A stretch of DNA of 62,668 nucleotides, filler included, from Vannella sp. (Eukaryota): assembly GCA_023345925.1 (NCBI GenBank). It is 7 parts of 7 records of this genome, joined end to end, with 100 filler letters (N's around TTAATTAATTAA, not from the genome) between each part and the next. Parts side by side here need not be neighbours in the genome. Positions count along the whole stretch, not along the records: positions 18,029 to 26,469 come from JAJQQN010001047.1; positions 26,570 to 41,991 come from JAJQQN010000029.1; 5 more parts are not named here. One strand, 5' to 3'. Under the pieces are notes generated by a model. That model worked only from the letters and a program-made list of their open reading frames with translations, was not told the DNA's origin and ran no database searches. This document shows, piece by piece, positions 20,355-32,500 of this stretch. The translations under genes were made by a program, and so were the position numbers. Within the stretch, counting starts at the first letter, position 1; the number at the start of each line of letters is the position of its first letter.

Positions 20355-21776
20355 ATGGGAGGCAAACCGAGTCGGGCTAAGCGAGCAAAGGAAGCTGAAC
20401 GAGCAACCGCAAGAGAATCCGCAAGAGTGGAGGGAGAGATGCTTGCCTTCAATGCTCTGTTGGATGCTCCTGCTTCTGGTGAGGAAGAGTGGAAGGACTT
20501 TTGCAGGCAGCATCCTCATCTTGTTGGGTCTGGATGGCCTTTGGATACCGTAATGCGGCGTGGGAACGAGTCAGCAGCCAGATTCCTGCTTGAAGAGGCT
20601 GGTGGAAACCAGATCAAGGTGAAAGACAAGTTCACACCGACCAGCAACCAAACTGACCGCACTTACAGGCCAAGACCTTCCGATTGCCCTCCTCGCAAGT
20701 GGTCCATGTAAGGGGGGAACATCTCTTAATGTTCATCTGACTGATACACAAGAAGCTGGATCCTCTGGGGCTGGCGTGCGAAAAGGGAATGGTGTCCATC
20801 GTGAGGATGATCCTGGAACTCGATGGAGAGGCGATTCTTTTCAAGCGTGTACGTTTCTCACAAAGAGATAGGTCTTAATGACCCGTGTAGGACCGGAATG
20901 GGGTGAGAAAACCGGTCTTCCCTTTGTTGCTGGGCTCACATGAGGAAACAGAAACTTCCTATTGACCGATGCTTCGGGCGGAAGGTTCCAGAAGTCATCC
21001 ATTTCCTTCTGGATGTTGGAGGGAATAGCCAGCTGACACAAGGCTTCAGGGTCTGTGAAATATGGGATATCATTCCATCTGCTCACCAACTAGAAGCTTC
21101 CCTTGACAGGCGCATGTGCAATTGCAGACATCGGGCTCATTCAGAGGATGCTGGACACGCAGGAGATGCGCGATTTGAATCAGGCCGAGGTACAGTCCAT
21201 CAGGAAGGGTTCCCTCAATTGACCTGCATTCACACTTCTCGAGGCACTTGGTTATCTAGTCCAGACACCTCTCGAAGCAGCCATTTGCAACAGAAATCTA
21301 GAAGCAATCGAATTGGTACTGAACTGGACCACTCCATCTTGCGTGAAGGCATCCGTAAGGCGAACACCATCTCCTGACTCCTCCTAAATTTCCCAGACCA
21401 TGCGTTTGGCCGTTGGAACAAGAAACATTGAGATTGTAGATATGATAGCAGATGCAATCAGCAGTGAAGAACTCTCTCAATATGTAAGAATCGTGTTTCC
21501 CAAGAAGGACCTGACTAACTGTCTGAATAGGTTGCAGTGGACTCTACCTCAGGTCAGACAGATAACCTCAGGAGCGAACTGGCGATATCTTCTGAGTGCG
21601 ACCCCAACCACCCTTCTGCCGTGTTCGCCTCCCGTGTACTTGCTTGCCTTGCCAACCGCGATGCAATAACTCTGGAACAAATATCTGAAAGGGTAGGCGA
21701 ATCCATGGCCGAAGCCGTTTCCGCGCGCCTCGCGAATCGAGTTAAGTCGGCCAAAAGCGCCCCAAAGAACGATTAA
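20355..21776 (+). CDS. Divergent ankyrin-repeat-like protein, multi-exon
   Basis: Repeat-like exons PLDTVMRRGNESAARFLLE, PLGLACEKGMVSIVRMILE, PIDRCFGRKVPEVIHFLLD and MRLAVGTRNIEIVDMI, separated by GT-AG introns. Exon boundaries are approximate. Confidence 0.6.
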
Positions 21777-21953
21777 ATCCTCAAAGGAGGGGAACTCGTT
21801 TGTTCCAATGAGCCACAAATGACAGGTTCCTTCACTTCACTTCCCCTTTTTTCATTTCCCTCCGTCACTTCCCCCTTTCTTCGTTCCGGAGCCCTTTGGC
21901 ATTTAAGGACTGGAGGAGGTCTTTGAGGACAGAGAATTCCATCACCCAACAAC

Positions 21954-23108
21954 ATGGACCCTTCTCTTAAACCTTACCCATTCGGTTTGGACGCCAGGAC
22001 CTCTCGAATCAGAAATGAACCCATAGGACACGCTACCTTTGAAGTATCTCCTGGACTAAGGACTTCTGTCAGAGAAATGGATCATAAACGTCCCTTGGTT
22101 ATCATCACCAGCACTGGAGTTGACAAAAGAACAACATTGTTCTCTGCAACTTGCGAGGGTGTTCGAACCATGCTAGACCTTGCAAGTGCGGTTGTTGTTG
22201 TGGTGGTAGCTTCGAATGAGGCCTCTGAATACTCAAAAAGGCTTCACAAGTATCAAAATGTGTTCCTCTTTGTATTGCCCTACTCCAATCCCCAAGGGCT
22301 CCCAATCGCTAGGGAATGGTCCCGTAGAATAGCCTTGGAGCTTTTGGCAGGTCCCTCCGAAGCCCAAACATCTGTTTGCTTTCTAGATGACGACTTAAAA
22401 AGCCTTAAAAATTACGAGGGAAAGGAAATCTCCCTCCTCGAGTTTCTAGAACACGCTTCGAACCGCATCAAGTCTGAAAAGGTGGATGCCATTTCCGTTG
22501 CTCCAGGGAGGAATCGGAGATGGCTGAAACAACCTTACACGAAGAAGACGAAAAAGAACTATGATAACGCTACGAAAGAAGAAAGGAGGTGGTTCGCGTG
22601 TACAGGATTCTGTTTGGAGCAGTGCTGGGTGACCTCCTTTGAATGTCTCACTCAAATCACATTCATGCCAGAGCAATTGATGAACCAGTCCGAACACTGG
22701 TGGGCTTCCATGAGAACAAGATCACAAAAAGAAGTTCAACACTTAACGGAAAGAGAGATCCTCTCCAAAAGAACGGGAAAACAGTTCAACAAGTACCATT
22801 TGGCCTTGTTCATCGGGGAGGACTTCGGCTTTGGAAAGCAACTGCAACTGATGAAGAGAACCGTTTTGCTTCTGAAAACCGTTTTCTTCGAGGAACTGAA
22901 TAGCAAGAGAGAGAGCCAGAATCAAACTGGACGAACGGAAAACCCAAAGGATATCTTGACTCCTCAGCAACGCTTCAACTGTCTATCCAGCTTGGCAGGA
23001 GGACTGCCCATTTCCAATCTGAACTCGTTTCCACCCTACAGGAGGATCATTCTCTTTTGGGAACCTCCACACTATGGAATACGCCTAATAATCAACTTTT
23101 TGGATTGA
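21954..23108 (+). CDS. GT-A fold glycosyltransferase, GREB1/TAGT-like, apparently intronless
   Basis: Collinear motifs PLVIITSTG, VVVV..NE..EY, FLFVLP..PQGLPIAR, VCFLDDD and GEDFGF. The family assignment is by pattern recognition. Confidence 0.6.
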   Translation: MDPSLKPYPFGLDARTSRIRNEPIGHATFEVSPGLRTSVREMDHKRPLVIITSTGVDKRTTLFSATCEGVRTMLDLASAVVVVVVASNEASEYSKRLHKYQNVFLFVLPYSNPQGLPIAREWSRRIALELLAGPSEAQTSVCFLDDDLKSLKNYEGKEISLLEFLEHASNRIKSEKVDAISVAPGRNRRWLKQPYTKKTKKNYDNATKEERRWFACTGFCLEQCWVTSFECLTQITFMPEQLMNQSEHWWASMRTRSQKEVQHLTEREILSKRTGKQFNKYHLALFIGEDFGFGKQLQLMKRTVLLLKTVFFEELNSKRESQNQTGRTENPKDILTPQQRFNCLSSLAGGLPISNLNSFPPYRRIILFWEPPHYGIRLIINFLD

Positions 23109-23346
23109 GGCTCCACTCCCCGACAGACGAATCACACTGCTTCCTACGGTGGTACCCAATATCCTACCCAGAGTGCCCAACAGTTGTCTGCGGCCAGCTC
23201 CTATCAATACAATAAAGCATTAATCCACTTTTCCCTGCCTTACGCTCTCATTCTTCTGACGAAGTGGAAGGGATGAGAACTCACATTCGTAGCGTTTGAA
23301 AAGTCGTGGGCTCACTGACAAGTCCCATTTGGTCTCTTCGCCTCCT

Positions 23347-24240
23347 TTATAGTGTTGGAGAAGGCTCTCGAAAGGACTTTCGGGAAGGAATGGTTGATTG
23401 TAACGCGCTCTCCCAATCATGTGAACCTTTGAACTTGCAAAGAATCTCAAAGACTTGTGTTCCCCCACATCAGCCAATTCCTTCCTTCCCTTCTTCAAGG
23501 ACTTTGGACTTACCATGATTAATATTTAGAGAGTTTCCTGGCCGGTATCCCAATGCACTCTCAATAGGAAGCCTCTTAGAAATAATGTGGCGTGATTGAG
23601 CGTGCTCCAAAGTCAAGTTCTACACCAAGTGAGAAGTGAGTTCCAGTGGCACTATTTGGATGCGTTTGCTCACCTTCATGCGGTTATGATCAACGATGCC
23701 TCCAATGACAAAGACATCTCCCTCTTCGAAGCCTGTTAGCTCCTCTGGGGCATCAGGGCTGAGATAGATCAAGCGGTGGGAGGGAAAGAGAGCTTCGCAT
23801 TCCTCTTGATGGCGGTGTACCTTCCAGGAGGCGAACCCTTGAAGCCCTTCCAACGCATCCTTAATGGGGCCATCGAAAGAGCAAAGATGGAGCTCTAAAG
23901 GATGCTCTGTGCTCTTGAGGAAGCCGTAGGTGAAGGAAAGTTGCGTCACTACCGACCGCACCTCCTTTGGCGCCATCTTATCAGCAAAGCCCAAGTCTAT
24001 GAGCACTACAGGCTTCTGGAAAGCGATCTCTTCCAAAGGAGTGCGCTTCCACGACTCTTTTCGGCGGTACTCCGCCTTGGTCGCGACAATCTCGTCCTCT
24101 GAAAGGCCCTCAGCCCAGTGAGGAGCCTCACGCTTCTGTTGCCTCTTCTTAGCCTTGTAACGAGCCCGCTTCTCTTGCCAGAAGGCCTTCGTCTGTTCCT
24201 CCTTCTCTCCCAGGCGCCCCAGCTCCCCTTCCGTGGCCAT
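23347..24240 (-). CDS. TRM10: tRNA (guanine/adenine-9-N1) methyltransferase Trm10
   Basis: IDLGF..KM..KEV, IYLSPDA and FVIGGIVDHNR. Two introns lead to KRLPI..LNINHVFEIL..DWESAL..IPSRK..TL*. Confidence 0.92.
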
Positions 24241-24290
24241 TCCCCACGTCCAACAGAGAAATGAAGAGGGGTGTTACTTGGTGGCCAGGT

Positions 24291-24945
24291 CTAAGCCTCT
24301 GAGGAAGGACGGTGAGCGAGAACTCGTTGAACGAGGTCCGACTTCTCCAAACAGCCAGCTGCCGAGAGACCGAGGTCTCGTAGCGTGGTCTTGAGCTCTC
24401 CTATTGACATAGCACGGATAGAATCCTCTGTAAGGGCAGCCAGGCGCGCCGCCTTGGCTGCTTGAGTCGCCTTTTGGGCAAAGGTTTGGATTGTGGACTC
24501 GAATTGAGGTTGCATGGGATGTCCACTGTACTGAATACGTCCTTCGGCGATCACAAAGGAGTGTGGTATGCCTCTCACTCCGTACTTTTGCTTGAGAGGA
24601 GAGATCGCGCCTGAGGAGTCCATCGCGATGGGATAACTCAGCTGAGAGCCGTACTGCTGGACAAAGCCTTGCAGTTTCTGTTACCTGTAAGTGGACTCTG
24701 AGGTAAGGAAAGGAGCTACGAACCTGCACGTTGTCAGAGTCGGAGATCCCGACGATGTAGACGTTTGGGAAGCGTTGTTGAAGCTCGCTCACGTGCGGGA
24801 TGCTCTGATGACATGGACCACACCAAGTAGCGAATAGTTCTAACACCACAACATCACCAGAGGCTATCTTCCCCTGCACGTCGACAAAGTCACCCTTGAT
24901 GAACTGAAGACCACCAATAGGAGGGCAGATGTCCCCCAGCGACAT
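24291..24945 (-). CDS. TlpA/redoxin-type thioredoxin-fold protein with a C-terminal helix-extension-helix (CxEKxDLV) domain
   Basis: LELFATWCGPC and GVRGIPHSFVI; one intron gives SDNVQ|KLQGFV; tail IGELKTTLRDLGLSAAGCLEKSDLV. Confidence 0.85.
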
Positions 24946-24982
24946 CCCTGATGAAATGAGAGTCATTGGAAAGTCATTTGGG
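24946..24982. promoter_or_regulatory. Putative minimal bidirectional promoter/initiator region
   Basis: 37 bp between divergent ATGs, with TCATT on + (24963, 24974) and on - (24955-24959). Confidence 0.5.
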
Positions 24983-26256
24983 ATGGGCAGCTTGATCTGG
25001 GAAGCGCTGGAGAGCGCCAACATGGCGATGGACCTCGTCCACGAAGCCCGAAAGTTCTCTTCCGTGGGCGAATCGGAGCTAGACCAGGTTTGCACGACGT
25101 TGGATAAGGTTAAGCAGACGTTAGGGCTGTTCACAGGCGGTGCGCCTCGCAGCAGCGCATGGGACGTTTGTTTCTCGAATGTGAAGAGCTCCCTTGTCAC
25201 TGTCCGTGACCAGTTGGATCTGATTACTCCTGAGGATACAGTACTTGATCATGCCCTCCTACGGGATGATCTTCTCCTGAGCCTCCGAGTGGACGAGCTC
25301 CAAACACTCTTCTCGCCCTCCCGAAGCGCTCCAATCTTTCAGGATAAGTGTGGAGAGACCTTCTGGCACAACTCATTCGGCAACAATGTATACCTCTTCC
25401 ATTCTAGCTACCTCTGACGACGATCTGACGTGTTTGCAGGTGGATATGGTGCCTTGGGACAGCTTCTGGCGTGTTTTGAAGAGCTTTCTGGGTATCCAGC
25501 CCTCTGAAGACCCTCGAAAGATTCACAACTTCTTAGGTAGCGTACTTTGTCACTGACAGAGGCTGTTCTAACCTCAAAGGGGACCAAAGACATCACTCGG
25601 AGTGGGTTTGTCACTTGGTTCGAGTTTGATTTGTTCTTGCGTTGGTTTGGACCCCTTCCTGGTTGCACGAAGAGACTACTTTGCCTGCTTGATGAAGGGT
25701 TTGGCCTCCTCTCGACCAAATCCATCAAAAGCTCACAGAAACTTTCAGAGTGTTGGCTGGTTTCATCTCTGCTGAAGAGGCGACCTCCATTCTTACTGGT
25801 AGACAAGAAGGCACATATCTTGTGCGATTCAGCAAGTCTGAGATCACTTCCTTTGCTCTGGCGTATGTTAATGACCGGGGAATGGTCGAACATAGCCGGT
25901 TAAGGACGCTCACACCTCACGGCCTCGCTGTGGGCGGCTGTAAGTTCTCTTCTCTTCTTGAGTTCATCAAAAGCTACCCAAAGAAGCTTTCTCAGCCCGC
26001 CCGATTCCACTGGATGGCTACAATGGATCAAGAGTGCACTTCAAACCAGTGTGGCACAATCTTCACCCCTCCTGTGGCCCAGACACACGAAGCAGAAGAA
26101 CCTCAATGTCTCATTTGCTTCGAGAACCCCCAAGAAGTCATCTTCCTCGAGTGTGGACACCTTTGCTGCTGCAAAGAGTGTTCCGAGAGGGTGTCAGGAC
26201 GCTGCCCCGTGTGCCGAGGACCAATAACACGCATTGTAACGGTGTATAAAGCATAA
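24983..26256 (+). CDS. CblA-type E3 ligase: helical N-terminus, Cbl EF-hand-like region, SH2 and RING (multi-exon)
   Basis: FWHNSFG..VPWDSF, DITRSGFVTWFEFDLFLRWFGP (cf. Cbl FEFDIFTRLFQP), SH2 GFISAEEA..GTYLVRFS and RING CLIC..CGH..CKEC..CPVCR. Confidence 0.85.
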
Positions 26257-26307
26257 CAGAGTACACTAGAAGGGTCCAGGACACGTCATTTTGCGGGAGC
26301 GTCGAGG

Positions 26308-26469
26308 ATGGCGCAACGGATGAGTAGGGAGGAGCGCAAGCAGGAGAAGGAGTTGGACGAAGCACGTAAGGCGGGACAGATTGCACCGTTAACAGACGAG
26401 CATGGAAAGGACATCTCCCCCCACATCCCGCAGTACATCTCCTCAACGCCTTGGTACATAAAGCAAGGG
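26308..26469 (+). CDS. SLU7: Pre-mRNA splicing factor Slu7, 5' fragment
   Basis: [35 protein letters not shown]. Confidence 0.92.
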
Positions 26470-26569
26470 NNNNNNNNNNNNNNNNNNNNNNNNNNNNNNN
26501 NNNNNNNNNNNNNTTAATTAATTAANNNNNNNNNNNNNNNNNNNNNNNNNNNNNNNNNNNNNNNNNNNN
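26470..26569. other. Artificial contig spacer
   Basis: N44-TTAATTAATTAA-N44. Confidence 0.99.
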
Positions 26570-29500
26570 TTAACTGGCCTTTCTGACTAAGACTCTCCAG
26601 GAGGTTTGTTTTGCTCAGTTGGAGAATGCTTGGGGCAGAGTGAGAGCTTGGCGGATTTGGAGAGAGGGGCGGTAGAAATTCCGAAAGATTTAGAGTCAGA
26701 AGCTCCATTAAAGTTTCGCGGGCTTCAAGGACAGCCAGTTCCTTCTCTGCCCGGAAGATTTCCTGTTGTAGTTCTGTTCTTTCAAGAAGGAGCGCTTTAC
26801 TCTTGTGGATGGGTGTAGCCAAGTCACTGAATCGGACCCACCACGATCTTGTCTTGGCCACATCGTGGCGCCTCTGACTCACAAGAATGTATTGAGCTAC
26901 ATAGTCGACAGCCTGAACAATGGCCATTCGCTGTTCGAATCCGGCTCCATCTGATACACTGGTCGAATAAAGTAGCACGACTTGTCCAGGCTGGAGTTTG
27001 GTTATCCACAAGCCTGATGAAGAGTCTTCCAGCCTGAATTCATAAGCTTCTTGTTTGGGAGCAGCCAACGGTGAATGCTCATTCACAGTGTTCGTTTTAT
27101 CTGACCAGAGGAAGCTATTCATCCCTTCTGGAGAATTGTGTTCTAGCATTTGCATTTGATAATCTGCTTCTCCGTCCCCTTCTGAGATGCAAGGGGTTGG
27201 GGCGCCAGAATGAATTTCCTCTCCGCTCGAGTCGCTCAATGCGAGTGACGGGACGTGGAAATGCGTCTGATTACTTAAGTTAGCAGAAGGAGTTGCGTGG
27301 TTCGCTCTATTCGCTTCCAGAAGCGAAGAAGTGTCAAATAAGAAGGGCCTGTCCCCAAAATTCATCTTGACTTTGGATCCGTTCCCCCGAAGACCAATGA
27401 TTGGCACAAAGCTAAGCTTCAGGTTTGCAAGATGCATGTGCCCGTCCTCTTCCCCCTGAAATGTGAGCAGCTTGCCATTCTTCGTAAAGGAGAGAAGTAA
27501 ATCCCCATCTTCCGAAGAATTGTTGAGGAGTAACCCGATTACATCACCCTCAGCGTACGGCTCCAGATTTTGTTGATCATCAGGCTCAGTGGACTCAGCG
27601 AGCACCCAGCCGTTGCTAATGTAAGCAAAACTGGAAGAGACACTGCCTATTTGAACGCCATCGGAGTGATCACAGTCAGCCTGCTGGTCAAGTATCCCGA
27701 CTCCAACGTCACCACCAGGAGCAATGTAAAGGATCTCTACTTCAAAGTAAAAGGAAAGCAGAAATGGGAACTGGGGAATAGGATAGTTGGCCCAAGTGAC
27801 CACAGTTACTGTGAGTAATGTCGAAGAGTTGGCAACCTCTCCTCTTTCGCCACCAGGAATATTCATTTCGCAAGGAACCATAATTGCTGTAGCCGACTGA
27901 GACTGTGGTAGCCCATGAGAAAGTGCCTTAAGGTTCAGTACATGGAAAAAACTATGTGGAAACTGAATCTCAAACTGCTTCTTGATGCTCCGAAAGTAGC
28001 TCGGCTCGCCTGATTTGGCAGGTGTTACGAAGCGACCAAGTTCTGATTCTTGAATGACTTTCTCTTTCAGAGCCGAGAGTTGGCACCTTGCCTCAGGAAG
28101 GGAAGGAGGTATTCCAGTAGTCTCCAGTAGGGTCATTGCAAGTGTTAACTCACAGTCTAATAGGGTATTTTGCAGCCTTTCGTGTGCTGAAAACTGAATT
28201 AAGTTGGAGGAAACTACGGATTGGGCCATACGGAGAAGTAAGAGCGATTCTGGCGTTTCCAAGTGCTCAACATTGAACAAAAGGAGGATTTGCTTCCACT
28301 GGACTGCACTCAATAAAACGGGCGATGACTCATCAAACCTAATCGGGAGTACAACTTGAATGTTCTCATTTTGATGAACTCCAAACTCGCGGGAGGAATG
28401 AACAAAAATGTAGGAATGCTCTCCAATTCTATCCAATAGTGTTGCTGTTTCTATCTCGTGATGCAAAGATGATTTTTCTTTCAATTGAATAACATGGGAT
28501 ATGCTGGGAGTAGTCTCCAGTCCTCCAATCACACTTAACGCAGCTACAAGGCGTTCGTAGTGTTTCAGGGAGGGTAAAGCAGAGATTTTGGTACCAGATT
28601 TTACAGTGGGAATATTACCTAGAGCAGAGGCGACTGCATTTGTAATCGGATTCTCCCCTTTGGACAAAATGGATTGCAAAAAGCAACAAATCTCTTGCGC
28701 CATAGTTCGCTGTTCAATTGGTTCTCTGCCTTCAAATAGAGCCCGTATCAAAGGATGGGAGGCCACATCTGTGCGTTCCAGTTGTTGTAAAACAGGAATT
28801 GTTCCTGAATTCGAGTGGCTCGTTTTCCGCCTCTTTGCATTTGAAGTTGGAGAAGAGAGAGACAACCGCTTCGTTCCTAATTTGATGGAGTCGCTTGCAG
28901 GAAAGCCACCCTCAGAAACGGGATTATTTGGCTGGACCAGTTGTGCCCACATCCAACCCAATGCATCAAACAGAACGTGGCAGAGGTCATCAAATCCGCT
29001 GATTTGGATTGGATGTGATTGAGCAACTTCCTCAAAGAATGAGTGGACAGCAAGATCCAAGCTCTGAATAGGTATTGTTTGGAAGAGGGTTGCAATACAG
29101 CGGAGAGACGATATCTGAATTCTTGGAGACTCAATCAAGAGGAGCTCCAACAGCAAATGGAAACTCTCAACTTCACACTGGTGGCTCTCACTGTTGTTAA
29201 GTCTGATTCTCCATAGTGCCAAAGATTGCATCAAAGTGAGCGATTCAAACAATAGTTGGTCACTTGTGCAGTCCAGGATTTGCTCGTGTCCTTGAATGTA
29301 TAGCTCTACTTTTCGCATTGTAGTGTCGTAAGAGGACCACGTGCTCTTCTCTGGAGACAACGAGGGTAATCCCTCTTGCGATTTGCCATGCCGGATGAGA
29401 GAGACGATAACATCAGCTATTTCTTCATTAAGCGACGAATTGTTCAAAGCTAGACATTGAATTGCCATCGTGATAAATGTTGTCAATGTTGTTTGAAACA

Positions 29501-32500
29501 CAATCCTAATGTTCTTATGATACTGAAGCAGTTTGCGAAGGGTAAGATGAGAAAAGAGTCCTTCACACTTCGGAAGAGAAGGATTTTCTGAACTCCACTC
29601 TGCAAAGCTATTCAAGAGTTGGATAATTTTGCCTGTGGCAGTGTTCAATAGAGTGGAAGTTCTTTCAAGGGTTTGTTGTAACTTTGAGAAGATTCCAAGT
29701 GATTGAAGCAGAAGAACATCTTGAGGACGAGAAGGCACGAAGGTTCCTTGCTTCAGAGTCAACACTCGAAGAATTGAAGAATAGTGATCGCTTGAGATGT
29801 TTTCATTGCTCCAATAATCTACGAGAGCAGTCAAAATACAAGTGTACAGTTTCATGAGTTCCGTTTGTTGATGAGGATCGCAGCCTGAGAGCCCATCACA
29901 AATGTCACTTGGAAGTAGCAACTGGGACAGTGCACAATACTTGACCGATGCGAAGCAAGAAGCTTTCACTAACAGGTCTTGAAGATAGAGTGCATTATAT
30001 CTCGCTTTCCAAATAGCGCTGCGTTGGGAGAGTACCTCTATCAATCCATCTAGAGATAAGTCATCCACCTTGAGGAATGACATAACCGCCAACACTTTCG
30101 CCTTCATTTGCACATTGGAAAGTGTCAGAGAGGTAGCTGAGGGTAGAAAGGCTGTCAGTAAGAATTTTGCCTTGGTAGACACAGAGCGACAAACAGTCTC
30201 GAATGGAATGTCTGTTTGCTGCTGATAGCAGCTTTTTGCCCAAATCCGCAAAGAGCAAGATTGGTTCCACAAAAACTGGATATCAATAGGAATTGCTCCG
30301 TCGCCCACCGACTCCATAGCCTGTACAATAGACTTGGTGTGATATAGCATACTTGCGAAGACTGCACGATCCATGGGAGTAAAGAAGTCTGAATAGCGAG
30401 CCTCCCAAGCCATCTCAGGCTTCCCATTTTGGCGGAGACTGTTAATCCATTGCTCGATCCTTTCATTCTCCCTGAGATTGAGGAGTGCTTGGATGAAGTG
30501 GAGTGAAGATTCCTCATGCTGAGGCAAGATTTGGTCAAAATCTACTCCGTTAAACTGCTGAGCTTTCACAGTGGTTCCATCACACAGAACTGCTCCTGGT
30601 AAGTTGATGAACGGGGTCCAAAGCTTTTCAAGCACGGCAAACTCTGTAGAAACCCAAGGATCCTTTGACATTTGACCAATGACAGCACTGTAAGCGGTTG
30701 AAATACTCCTCTCCAAATCAAGTAAAGGGTACAAGAAGGGGCTTGTCGGTGGAGGGGCAAAGAAGGCTGTTACCTCTAACCGGAAGCCCCAATTCTCGCC
30801 ACTGTAGCTGAAACTTTCAAAGGACAGAACAATTGTGTCTCCAATAAAGTAGAGATCTTCTTGTGGGAAACTATCGGTAATCTCTTCAACAATGCCATAA
30901 TAGACTTTGTCCTTAAAGAGTAAACGAGCCTTCTCTGAGAATTGATTGTCTTTGTAGAACTTCACCTCATCAAACCGACTAATATGGGATCTGGGATCAA
31001 ATCTGAGCTGCAGGAAAAGTGCTCCAGGATGGGTGATGATGTCTATGAGGCAAATGTCTTCTCCGTTGCTTTCTCGCACGTAAGGATGCTTCGATTCTAC
31101 CATAGAGTAATCCCGGCGGTATTGGTTGACAATATCTTCCTGTTCCACAGTGACCACGTCCTCGAGCTGTCGATTGATCTTATTTAGCAACTGCAAGAGT
31201 TCAATGAATGGTCCAACTTGGCTGCTGAGTATTTTTGTTCCGAGATGGCGAGAAGCAGTGCCTTGCTCGGTACTGGCAATACAAAGAGAATTGAGGTAAG
31301 CAGGAAGAAGCTCTGTAAACAAGGGATTCTGCAGAGCAAGTTTGAATTCTTCCTTTCCATAATCAATAAAATTGATAGTCTGTAGCAACTGGCTGCAATA
31401 ACTCAGAAGCTCATCACCAAATCTGCATAGAATAGACATGTCTGACCCCCTTTCTGTAAGACCTAACTTGACATAGTCACTCCGCATGGCATTCAGAGTG
31501 AGACTTCCTTGGATAGAGCTGAGTAAGGCAGAGGTGGCCTCCAGTAGCCCATACTCCGGCTCTTTTCGGTGCAGAACAGCGATGAATTCTTCGCCGAGTA
31601 TTTGGAAGAGGCAATTCAGAGTGCGAGTCCTCACCTCCATCGGCGTCTGTTCTCCTTCTTTCGTTGGTCTTTCTATTGACTCGATAGGATTAAGAATCAG
31701 CAGAGAAGGGACTCGCACATTTGCCATCTGATGTAGTAGCGACAGGAATGTAGAAAACTGCGGTGTACTACTATCACGGGTCGCCATTGACTGAACCAGA
31801 CCTCCAAGTTCATCAGAATGATAAAGAACCTCAACATGACTGAAGAGAACATTGGTGGCGAGGTTTTGAATGAAGGTTACCTGGTTTCGCTCATCAATTT
31901 CCATCGCTGATTGACTTCCAGATGTCCTTGAGTGGTGGATCAACTCCAAAAGGATATCTCGAATCCGAATAGAAATTGTGGCTTGGCTTTTGTTTCCTGG
32001 GAAGAGGCCCACTTCTGCAGAGACTCCGAGGTCATGGCAATTGGCAATTTGTGTCTTTGTTATCCGCAGTGCTCCAATGAGACCTGCTATGACACTCCAA
32101 AAAGCAACAGAGTCGATTTTCATAAAGCCCAGTTGCCGTAAGTACTGTTCACTGAAGTGCGAGAGTACGCTTATCAATGCTTCGAAAGTACTTCGGGTGG
32201 CCTCAGCAGCAAAGGGACCTTCTTCCCGGATTTGAATGATGTGATCAAGTGCGCAGATGATGTACAAGCCTGCTTGCTTCTTCGTGTATTCCCCCTCCAC
32301 ATTACTTGCAGCAATATTGACATTCGGCAATCCTGCGAACTGGAACTTCTCAGGAGGAGAGACACGTTGGAGCAAATACTGGGGAGAGAGATACTCCGTA
32401 GCACGGAGGAATTTTGGAGTAATACACTTGACTTGAGCCCAAGATAAAGTTTTTTCCTTTAAATCGTATTCCCAGAAGCGTTTAAGCTTGGTGTCCCAAG

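Noticed and set aside
12266..23108. 2OG-Fe(II) dioxygenase as the TET/JBP partner of the TAGT-like gene
   Set aside because: It has prolyl 4-hydroxylase motifs and a secretory anchor, and it is on another contig.
23220..23516. 98-aa minus-strand ORF as a partner gene of the glycosyltransferase
   Set aside because: It is the intron plus an alternative frame of the last TRM10 exon.
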